Shown one piece after another: positions 11,584-21,184 of a stretch of DNA of 31,225 bases. This DNA comes from Fonticula alba ATCC 38817 (taxonomy: Eukaryota > Protista > Nucleariida): the NCBI GenBank assembly GCA_000388065.2, contig KB932201.1; one strand, given 5' to 3'. Made by a program: the position numbers and the translations under genes. Numbering within the stretch: position 1 is the first letter of the stretch; every line of letters begins with the position of its first letter. The notes below the pieces were generated by a model. That model ran no database searches. It worked only from the letters and a program-made list of their open reading frames with translations, and was not told the origin of the DNA.

Positions 11584-12924
11584 CTTTTAGTGGAACCGGA
11601 TGGCGGGTCGGGGACGGCGCGGCTTGCTGCGGCATCGGCCGAGGCATCTAACGCGGTTGGTAATAGCGCCCCAACGTAACTGACTTACCTGTTAAACTGA
11701 GTCTCCAGGAGAAAAGCCAGCCCCTGGGCGAGCCCGCGACGGAGTTTCCTGCCGCGGCTGGCCCGTTCGCCGAGTTAAAGCCCCCCAGCGATCGAGCCCG
11801 CCAGTGCCTTTGCCACCTCAAACAACGCTTCTCCGCTCGGCACATGCCGGGGTGGACCACAGCCGCGAGGTTCCCCCGACCAAGGCCACATATGCCCAGC
11901 TGCAAGGGGGGGGGGGGGGGCATCCGACGACCCGTGTGGCCTTCGGGGATCGCTCCCTTTGTGGCCTTCGCCTGCCCGGCAGCCAACGGGGAGCGGGGGG
12001 TGGAGGGCCCCTTGCACCGCGAAACCGAAGGCCTTAGCGACAATCATCTGATGGCCGGCCGTGTGGACTTGGGCAGCATGGTGCGAATGGCTCGGCCTTC
12101 GAGACGCGCCTCGGTGGGCCTGCCTTCCCGAGGCTGCTTGCTCCCCTGCTTTCCTCCTGGTCGGACCTGAGGTCGCCTGGCCCGAGTCATGTCGGCCGCC
12201 AAGGGCGATGGTGACACTTGGGCGGCCAGTTCGTCCCTCGCCGACGCGGTGCCAGGAGTCCGGGCGCTGGCCGATCTTCGGCAGGACTTGACCGGCCAAA
12301 GTCCCCGGCGCGGACACGAGCTTCATGATCAGGGCGCCCATCGTGGGTGGCCGTCGCTTCGCCCCCTCCAGCCCGTGGGGAGGAGCAAGCCCCGGAAAGC
12401 AGCCACAAGAGTGGCATGTCCCTCTCGCCCATCCTCCCTCTCGGCTTTTCTTTGGGTTTTCCCTCTCTCACTGTCTCGAAGGGCCATCGGATGCCTCGGA
12501 AATAGGCGGCGACACGCGTCCGAGTAGCCCCGCCCACAGGATCCCGTCGCCCTTTCCCCTGGACCAAAACCCTCCTCCAGCAAAGGCGGGCCGCCATCGA
12601 GAGCAAGGCCCAGGGGGGGGGGGGGGGGGGGGGGACACCCCTTACGCCGCTCGTTTCCCCTATCGGCAGAATGGTCATCTTGAAGACCTCCTCTTCCTTC
12701 GCAGTGCATTGCCCATGGCCTGACCGCTTGCTGGTCCAGGGTGAGCCACTGGGGGCACCAGCAGCGCGGGTGGCCCCTGTCCAGCGAGCACATGCTCCCT
12801 TGGCACTCGTGGGAGGGGCCCAGCGGCGGCGAGAAGCCGGGGTGGCCAGTGTCCGGGTCTCTCCGTCCATCCGGCGCAGGCTTAGCCCGTGGCGGCTCTC
12901 GGCGCCCGGGTCGAGGGTGTCCAT
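10546..12924 (-). other. Possible minus-strand spliced transcript of unknown function
   Basis: Minus-strand splice signals: GTAAGG donor 12645 with CAG acceptor 12559; poly-C TTGCAG acceptor 11900; CAG|GTAAGT donor 11688 with acceptor 11526; (CT)-tract acceptor 10836. No recognisable protein. Confidence 0.25.
11543..11580. repeat. (CA)n microsatellite
   Basis: About 19 CA units seen directly. Confidence 0.95.
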
Positions 12925-13007
12925 GCTGCGAAGCTCGGAGCGAGGGGAGTCCGGGGCGAAAAGCGTGAAAAGGTAAATACCCTATCGACGGGCGGAATCC
13001 CATGCGT

Positions 13008-13079
13008 GGGAGATTAGTCTAGTGGTATGATTCTCGCTTAGGGTGCGAGAGGTCCCGGGTTCGATTCCCGGATCTCCCC
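13008..13079 (+). tRNA. tRNA-Pro (anticodon AGG)
   Basis: 72-nt cloverleaf: acceptor stem GGGAGAT/ATCTCCC, anticodon arm CTCGC-TTAGGGT-GCGAG, T arm CCGGG-TTCGATT-CCCGG; A and B boxes present. Confidence 0.96.
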
Positions 13080-13080
13080 G

Positions 13081-13088
13081 TTTCTTTT
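13081..13088 (+). terminator. RNA polymerase III oligo-T terminator of tRNA-Pro(AGG)
   Basis: TTTCTTTT immediately 3' of the tRNA. Confidence 0.6.
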
Positions 13089-14141
13089 GGCCCCCNNNNN
13101 NNNNNNNNNNNNNNNNNNNNNNNNNNNNNNNNNNNNNNNNNNNNNNNNNNNNNNNNNNNNNNNNNNNNNNNNNNNNNNNNNNNNNNNNNNNNNNNNNNNN
13201 NNNNNNNNNNNNNNNNNNNNNNNNNNNNNNNNNNNNNNNNNNNNNNNNNNNNNNNNNNNNNNNNNNNNNNNNNNNNCCCCCCCCCGGCGATGGGCCCCGG
13301 GGGAGCCCCCACACCCAAGGGGCCCTGCGTCGGGAAGAGCCGCCGGCGAGGGCAGGCCCCCGCCCGGTCAGCCCGACGGCCAGCCGGCTTGAGGCCTCCC
13401 CCCTCGGACGCGTCTTTTTTCCCACCGAGCACGGCTTTGCCCACTTTGCCGCACAGCCACTCTTCCCCCGGACCATGCTGCCAACTTGCCTGGCTCCCGA
13501 CAGCATTCAGCCGCTCGATATAGGCCTGCCCAGCCCTCACGCTCAGGGGGTGCGGCTCCCAGCCAGTCGCATGTTTCCCCCATCTCCCCGATCAGGCGTC
13601 GCCCGGCCGCTGCGAGCCAAGTCCGGGCGAACCCCTGCAACAGGCCGGGTGCTACGCAAGCAGCCCCCGAGGGAGGACAAAGACACGCCGGGGTCTGGCC
13701 GCGGGGCCTCCCCAGGCGCAGACTGCTCGGACGGCCGTGGCAGGTCGGGTGGCAAGGGGCCGCCCTCCGGGGAGCGCCGTGAGCGTGCGGCTGGGCACAG
13801 GTGCACCAGAGATGGCCTCGGTGTCGCTGCCAGGGCCATGCATGCATGCATGCTCGCTGGGACTATCTTGCCGCATGGCCCACAATCGCTTTGCATGCTT
13901 GATCGGCTGGTGAATGTGCCCTGGTGTGAGCCTGTGCCATCGTCGGCGGAAGTCGATCGGCCTCGCTGTGGCATCGGCTTGCCCTCGAGTGGTGTGTGGG
14001 GCTGCCACGCCGGTGGCCGGCAGCCCGGGCCCCAGCCGGAGATGGAAATCTCCCGGCCCTTTGGCCGAGATCGAGCTCCGGCCGGCCGGGTCACGCGGGC
14101 TGCGCACATGGTCGTGATTCGGCCAGAGGCCAGGCCGGCTG

Positions 14142-14569
14142 TGTAGTGGAATCCCAAACTCCGTAAACCAAATCACCTTTGAGTTACAAACTGCACGTGC
14201 GGGATACCCCGTAACATATGTGACATTCTAAACGGCGTTCCTCCATAGAGGAACACGGCGACTGCCTAGCGGCCGCCTTTCCCGGGCCTGTGTACAGGAG
14301 CCCGAGAGAGGGACGGACGTTCGCGCGTGTGCGGAGTTCTCAGATCTGCCCCTTTTGACCGAGCCAAAGGTCAAAAGGGGGACTCCCTCCGGGAGCCTCC
14401 TGAGAATGAAGGCCTTGGCAGCTGTGTGTGTCGAAGAGCATGCGAGAGCATCGCTGAGAGCACCAGTCCAGCCCGCGAAGACCTGTTCTAAGGCTGCCTC
14501 TCGAGCCCCCTTTTCATTTATTTTATTTTATTCCTTCTTCCGTTCGCCCGCCAACTCGTCTCAGGCCGA

Positions 14570-14611
<42 letters not shown>

Positions 14612-14757
14612 TCCAGGCGACAGTATATTCCCTGGCTCGGTACGCCCTCTACTTCATGCCCCAGAGTGCCCCCTACCCGGCGGCAGATTTCCGATATGGC
14701 TCCCGTCAAAGCATCACTCCTTTGCCGAAAGACCGGACCCGTGAGAACCCTGCTACA
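14142..14757 (+). repeat. Full-length LTR (616 bp, LTR-A)
   Basis: Starts TGTAG, ends CTACA; first ~125 bp and last ~36 bp recur directly at 20477-20641; the body recurs inverted at 20646 to beyond 21030. Confidence 0.88.
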
Positions 14758-14766
14758 GCTGCTAAG
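14758..14766 (+). promoter_or_regulatory. Putative self-priming primer-binding site (GCTGCTAAG)
   Basis: No TGG-starting tRNA PBS follows the LTR; 14755-14766 ACAGCTGCTAAG pairs with LTR-internal 14414-14425 CTTGGCAGCTGT (12 bp, one G-U). Confidence 0.6.
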
Positions 14767-15223
14767 CTTTTGCCTTTCGTTCTCCTGGGGGCTCCTCACC
14801 GCGCAAGTGAGGAGCGAGACCCCACGTCTCCCACGGGGGACGCCTCCGGAGACTTGTAGACCGCAAGGCTACTTGGGTCCTGCCTAGGCCCCAGCTGGGC
14901 TGGCGAGCGGATCGACGCTCGGGCGCAGACCTATGACTTGTCGCTGCCAGGGCTGATAGAGCAATCTAGAGCAGGAGCGATGGCGGAACTCCGTCCTTCG
15001 AAGTGTAGCTCGTACCGCCGGACCATGGTAGCGCTTCTCGCGATGGAGTAGGGGCTCGAGAACCGAGTGAATTGAGAGTCCGCACGAGACCTCAATGTGG
15101 TCTTCTAACTCCCGACCTTCGTCGCCTCCCCTTTATCTTTTCTCCGGGTCGGATCTCCCATCCCCTCCGTCCGCCTCGTGTCGCCTTGCCGAAGCTGTGC
15201 TCTGTAGTTTCGAGACGCTCGAC

Positions 15224-16616
15224 ATGGAGTCCGGTGACCTTCCGACGAACCAGCCTGTCTCAGGCTCCTCCCTGCCTTTCGCAGAAGAGGACGGATTGGA
15301 CTATGTCCTCGGCTTTGAGCTATGGTTCCAGAAAGATTACGAGACTGGTTCCGAGGCGAAGGACAAGATGAAGACCTTCTTCCACGAACTGGAGGCGAAA
15401 CTACCCGTCCAGGACTATCCGATTGAGACCCTGGACGACGTCGCTAGGGAGCTGGAACAGATGTTCCGGCAAGCGGACAGGCAGCTCCTCGTCGTCCAGC
15501 TCGAGAGTACCAAGTGGTGGAGAGAGTACCGAGTCCGGAAGGGCGGAGAGCCTATCTCGAAGGGGGTGAGTGCAGGTACACCGGCTGTGCCGGTGGTTGT
15601 GGCGAATGACTATTATCGGACGTTGGGGCGACTCAGCGGCGAGGAGGTCATCACGATCCTGCAGGAGAATCACCGTTCTCGAGAGGGACGCCCATCCCCT
15701 CCACCGGAGGATTTGAACGATCGTTGGACCCGAGCCAGCAGGATGACTCCGCCGCCCGACTTCGAGGCGGTCATGCCGTGGACAGTGAGCGAAAAGCTGG
15801 CCTTGGTGCAAGTGTGCAGAGAAGATCAAGTTAACGTAGATTGCGAGGGGTGGTCCCATTGACCGGAGAAGGGGGGCATTTATAGGCTGGCCCTCCGGAT
15901 CCGCGAGGCAACGATGTATTGCCTGCGCAAATACCCCATCTGAGCGCCAGGTGAAGAAGATCTTCCAGAAGATCGAACCGTCGGTGCCTTGGGATTGGTC
16001 TCCCCAGGGAACCCCCTTCAGCATAAGCATGGCGGAGAACTTGGCTTTCGTTCCAGAGAGTCAGCGAGCGGCGTTGATCGTCGTGTTGTTCCATAGCCTA
16101 CGGGATTTGTCCTCCTTTGGGGAGCAAGTGTACCTGCTCCGCTGCATTCTGGCCAAGTCGGGCCTCGGATTCAGCTGGTCCGATGCCTGCTTGATCGCCC
16201 AGTTCGGTTCCCGCGGCTTGCCCGTCGACTGGCACTCTAGCTTGCGACAGGTCCTGGATATCCTCAGTTCGGACCATCCGCGTGATTTGAATTACCCTCC
16301 CATCGAACTGCTGAGCGCAGTCCCTCGTGTCCTGCCCGGTCGAGAGAACTGGCCAGAGCATGGGGATGGTCGTTCCGAGGCTTATCACGATCATTTCACG
16401 TCCAGGAAGCGCTCCAAGGAGGGCGCTGCGATCGTCCCTGTTCCATCCAAGCGTCAGAGAGTACGCTCGCAACACTCTTCCCATTTCCCCGAGAGCAAGT
16501 CGGAGACTCCTGGTCAGGAGAATTCGGTGATCATCCGAGGTAGCACGAGCTATCGCGGAGGCCGCGGTCGGTTTGGCAAACTGAACAGGAGGAACCTCAG
16601 CCGAGGTCCCAAGTGA
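15224..16616 (+). pseudogene. gag: gag-like ORF, disrupted
   Basis: Lies between LTR and protease; in-frame TGA at 15860-15862, +1 frameshift in a C-run near 15935; RG-rich basic C-terminus (RGSTSYRGGRGRFG); no CCHC knuckle. Assigned mainly by position. Confidence 0.65.
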
Positions 16617-16829
16617 CCTCCTGCTGGTGGATCTACCACCGACTCGCGCGGCACGCAGTCCTGAGGCATGGCCTCCAGGTGGCCCTTGCAATATACTCAC
16701 TCACCTCCTTGCACATCCACTACTACTCCTCACGGGGGTCGATCGGTCAGCAGCAACCGGATGGGCCTACGGGCCGGCGGTGCGACCGCGGAGAGACGAC
16801 TGGTCGTGCGGGAGCCCTGGACCGGGAGA

Positions 16830-19800
16830 TGTACAGGAAACTGTGCTCCATGAGCGTTCTGGATACAGGCCACGGGCATAGCATTCGCTTCGACGAGTGT
16901 GCGGGGACACTCTGCTCCGACTGAGGTATGACTCAGGAGCCCTGGGGTTGAACGCCATCCCCCATAGTCTCGTCCAAGCTTTTGGGTTGGATATTGCAAG
17001 AAGAGTCCAGTCATGATCCGACTGGCCGACGGTACTGAGATTGCCGCGATCGGGGAGGTGCAGTTGACCTTGCACTGTGGAGGCAAGACTGCTCGAGGCA
17101 GGTTCGTAGTTTTGGCTGCCGCTGGTGGCGAGGTGTTTCTGGGGTTGCACACTATGCAGAAAGTCTGGCCGGAGCGTTGGTCGTGGTGGACCGACGAGGT
17201 TTCCACGGAACCTGTGGCTTTCTGGCAGCCGGCCCGCACCGCGGGACCAGAGAACCCCTCGTACGCCGTGGTACTGCGGTCCGCCGGGGAAGTCGACGAG
17301 ATGCGGACTCGTACGCAAGAGGCAGGGCACTGCGTCCATCCCCCGTGGATGAAGTACCTCGAAATGGTCCGTGCGGCACAAGGGCGGCTCCCCAAGTCCC
17401 AGGGGGTCGCCCCTATCCGGATCAAGCTCAGACCGGACGTCGTGTTGCCGCCGTTCCACAATCGCCGGTTTACCCCGGTAGAGCAGGCTGACATCGAGGA
17501 GTGGGTGCTGGGCGCACTCAAGTCAGGACTCACCACCGAGACGCATGTTGATCAGTGAGCGGCTCCGTTGGTTGGCGTGCGAGTGCCCGGGAAGAAGACA
17601 CGCTGGTGCGTGGATCTCCGGGGCCTGGACGCACCGGTGGAGACCTTCAGCCTTCCCATGCTGGTGGCTGACGAGGCACTGACCAAGGCCGGGAAGGGAA
17701 GGTGGTTCACTTCACTGGACCTGGCAGAGGCCTGCCATCATGTGTCGAGGTCCACCCGGAGGATCGGCACCTGCTGATCTTCGTTGCCAACAAGAAGTAG
17801 TACCACTTCAAGCGGATGCCCTTCGGCTACCGGAATGCGTCGCATCACTGCAACGCCGCGATGGATAACATCCTCGCCCCGGCGCGCAAGTGCGCCATCT
17901 GGTATCTCGATGATATCCTGATCTTTTCTGAGACGCAGCAAGAGCATGTTCGACCGGTTCGCGCCGTGCTGGAGCTCCTAGCTAAGGCAGGGGCCAGTAT
18001 TCGCGCCGGGAAATGCCTCTTCATGGTGTCAACTGTGAAGTTTCTCGGGCATCGCTTGGGAGGCGGTGTGCTTGATTGGACTCAGGATCGGATGGCCGCC
18101 CTGAGCGAATACGAGAAGCCAGCCACCATTCGCCAACTTCGATCTTTCTTGAGTGCACTGAGCTACGTCGTGAGATGGCTGCCGCTGGCTGCTTGCGAGT
18201 TGGCCCCGCTCAACGAGTTGTTCCTCGGCAAGTCTCCGCGAGCCAATAATCGGATCACTTGGACCGAGAAGCTCGATACTCATTTTGACAAGGCCAAGAG
18301 ACTGGCGAGGAACTCGCAAGCCCTCGCCCTGCCTCGGGAAGACGAACCCTACACCATGGCCACGGACGCCTCGGATTTTGGCATGGGGGCCGTCCTTTTG
18401 CAGGAGTCTAAAGGCGACCGGGACCTATCGGGCCGGACCCTGCTGAAGCCGGTTGCGTATTGGAGTCGGAAGCTCAGCCCGGCCGAGCGCAACCACAGTA
18501 CCTGCGAGAAGGGGTTTCCTGCACTTGTGGGCGCCCTGCGCCAATGGCGCCACAAAGTGGAGAATGGCGAACCGCTGACGGTGTTGACCGACCATCAGCC
18601 ACTCCTCCGTTGGGCCGTCCAGCAGGAGCCCAAGCAGCGTGTGCAACGCTGGAGCTGGGAGCTAGCTACCTTCCAAAAACCGCAGCTTGTTCACCAGCCC
18701 GGCGTGCTCAATGTGGTGGCGGACGGGCTGTCTCGCCTGCGAGATGAACCGCCATCCAAAGCTGGCCAGGCCGCGATCCGGCCGTCTCTCTTCAGCCACC
18801 CGTACTTGCGGTGGACCACCAAGGAAGACATCCGCGGCGGGTTAGGCTCTATGACGCGGGTGGACGCTCCTTCGTGGATGAGTCGGCTGATCAACCAGCA
18901 GAAAGTATGCGCTGCTGGCCGTCCCGACCGGAAGCTAGGGGACCATAACGGCATCCTGTATTTCGAGGATCGGATTTACCTTCCCGAGAGTATGATCTTG
19001 GAGGTACTGGAGCACATCCACGACTCGACGGTGTACGGCCATCCCGGGCGGGAGGCCACCATCAAGCTGGTGTGCGACCGATTCGCCAGTGAGCGGCTGC
19101 GGCAATACGTCCCGGAGTATGTCCGGACTTGCGCGAATTGCCAAGCCCTCAAGGCTAGAAACCGCAAGCCTCTAGCGAACCCCAGGGAGCCGGGCGTTGT
19201 CGCGGGCAGGCCCCTGGAGGTAGCTTCGCTAGATGTGCTTTCAGCTTTGCCAGACGACCTCGAATGCGAAGCCTTGTTGGTGATCGTGGATCAGCTTTCG
19301 CGATACACCTGGGTAAGCGTATGCAGCTTGTCTGTCGTGGACGACATACGACTTTTACAAGCAGCTCTGTACGAATGTCGACCCATGGGGCCCGTTCCCC
19401 AAAGTGGTGAATTCGGACGGAGGCCCGACGTTCCGTTCTGGAGAGTGGAGCCTTCTGCTGGCTCGCAAGGGGTGTGTCCCGGGGGTCTCCACCCCCCAAC
19501 CACCCGATGTCCAACGGGGCAGCCGAACGGGCGATTGGCATTCTACCGCAGCACATTCGGATCGCCCGGGCGACTTCCTGGAAGGACCGGAAGCACGCAG
19601 GAAGAGCCATCGTTCGAGCGGCAGCCGCGTTGAACCGTGTTCCGGTATCCTTCTTGGGGTACAGTCCGGAGTACATCATTGCTGGGTACGGCTCCGATGT
19701 CTCCGAGATGGGAGCCATCCCGACCACCAGGAAGGCACACAAGGAGATGCTAGAGGAGGTGAAGGGACGTAATGCGGCCCAGGGCAATCGCGTTGTCGAG

Positions 19801-20067
19801 ACACTCAAAACCCGCACGACCCCCTGCCAATTCAAAGACCTCGATTGGGTATTGGTAGATGTGGCGACCCTGTGGGGTGACCACAAGAAAGCTGTCAAAT
19901 GCTCCAGACCTGTGCAAATTCGGAAAGCATCGGGCACCACGCTGGAACTCTTCGAAAAGCCCGCGGGAGGAAAGTCCGTCCTGATCAGTTCCCAGTATGC
20001 AAGGCCGTACCACAATCGGAACGACTGGATCATTGCAAAAATCCCCGGCTTCACACCTAATACCTGA
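16830..20067 (+). pseudogene. pol: pol polyprotein (aspartic protease, reverse transcriptase, RNase H, integrase), disrupted
   Basis: PR: VLDTG (16856-16870) and IRLADG...VFLG. RT: RWCVDLRGL, LDL, MPFG, YLDD, FLGH. RH: TDASDFGMGAVL, AYWSRKL, TDHQPL. IN: H..H..CANC, LDV, NSDGGPTF, SNGAAER. Stops at 17556 and 17798; frameshifts near 16920-17010, 17743, 19398 and 19480-19500. Confidence 0.93.
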
Positions 20068-20329
20068 ATAGCGAAGGCTCTGTGAGAGCGGCGCCTCCTC
20101 AGGGCCACCTTGCCACAAGCGAGGGATTCGGCGCACCAAATAAATATCTGCCCCAATTCCCCAAGGAGGAGCGATGAGCCCAAGACCTGCCTCACCAGCG
20201 GCAAGGCCAAAGATCTCGAGCCAGGCAACCTGCAACCATACATTATCAGCACTTGAGAGAACCGACGATAGGCTTGCCTAGAAGCGTTGAGATCGGGTGA
20301 GCGAGCATAGCTAGCCCTCACGCCGAGGC

Positions 20330-20351
20330 AAGAACAAGGGGGGGGGGGGAG
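20330..20351 (+). promoter_or_regulatory. Polypurine-tract-like sequence
   Basis: AAGAACAAG(G)nAG downstream of pol, but 125 nt upstream of the LTR remnant rather than abutting it; G-runs are common in this genome. Confidence 0.35.
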
Positions 20352-20476
20352 CTTAGCATCCTCATCAGCCGCCCCAAATCAGACCCAAGGGATTACCACA
20401 GGAGTCCAAAGAGCAGCGCTTTTGAAAACAAGGGCCTTTTCAAAGTCACCAAAAGCGTTGCCTCTCACCTGGCGGC

Positions 20477-20641
20477 TGTGGCGGAATCCCCCAAACTCCG
20501 TGAGCCAAATCACTTGCTGAGTTACAAACTACATGTGCCGGATACCCCGTGACAGATTTGAGTACTAAACGGCGTTCCTCTCTGGAGGCGCGCGGGGGAA
20601 GGCGACTGCCGAAAGACCGGATCCGTGAGCGCCCTGCTGCA
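20477..20641 (+). repeat. Internally deleted LTR (LTR-B, 165 bp)
   Basis: TGTGG...CTGCA; aligns (roughly 80% by eye) to LTR-A 14142-14266 joined to 14727-14757 at a TGCC microhomology. Confidence 0.85.
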
Positions 20642-20645
20642 CACT

Positions 20646-21184
20646 TGTAGCAGGGTTCACACGGGTTAAGCCTAAGTCAAGTGAGTGAAGCTTGACGAAG
20701 GGTACCAGTGTGATCTGCCACCCGGTTAGTAACCTCTAGGCATGAATAAAGGGAACATACCAACCAGCGGTTCACGGTCGTCTGTTTCCAGAGTGAGTCA
20801 GTAACTCGGTTTGAGTCGAGTTAGTGGCAAGCGAAATAGAAAGAGAAACTCGAATAAATAAAAGGGGTTCGAGAGGAAGCCTTAGAACAGGTGTTCGTCG
20901 ACTTGACTGGTGTTTCAGCTATACTTTCGTATACTCTTCGACACACAGCTGCTAAGGTCTTCACTCTCGGGAGGTCCCTTGCGGGAGCCCCCCTTTTGAC
21001 CTTTGGGATAGGTCAAGGGGTGGATCTGAGAACCCCGCGGTGGGACTTGTCCCCCCCGCGTATCTCCACGCTCGGTCGAGCGCCTACATCGCTCGACCTC
21101 GCCGGGCCACCTGGGCCGTTATCCAACCCCGCATTCTCGATCAAGAGAATGCTATTGGAACTTTGTCCTTCTTTGGTTTAACAC
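20646..21184 (-). mobile_element. Inverted LTR of a related subfamily (LTR-C), probably solo, running into an N-gap
   Basis: Begins TGTAGCAGGGTTC, the reverse complement of the LTR-A end; 20860-21035 is clearly the reverse complement of 14335-14530; diverged elsewhere. Confidence 0.82.

Larger units (their letters stand above)
14142..20641 (+). mobile_element. Degenerate Ty3/Gypsy LTR retrotransposon
   Basis: LTR, gag-like ORF, then PR-RT-RNaseH-IN in Gypsy order, then an LTR remnant; several stops and frameshifts; no matching TSD across the whole element. Confidence 0.92.

Noticed and set aside
13276-14141. Coding potential between tRNA-Pro(AGG) and LTR-A, and in 22115-22800
   Set aside because: ORFs cross gaps, have R/G/P-biased noise composition and show no coherent splice structure.
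14758-14790. tRNA-Pro-primed PBS, given the neighbouring tRNA-Pro genes
   Set aside because: The expected TGGGGGAGATCC sequence is absent after the LTR.
15860-17800. RIP- or APOBEC-like hypermutation of the retroelement (TGG to TGA stop at 17556)
   Set aside because: Only one clear case; most lesions are indels, and no intact reference copy is available for a test.
14142-21184. DIRS/tyrosine-recombinase element suggested by inverted terminal repeats
   Set aside because: A DDE integrase and aspartic protease are present, no tyrosine recombinase is seen, and the inversion is explained by a separate LTR.
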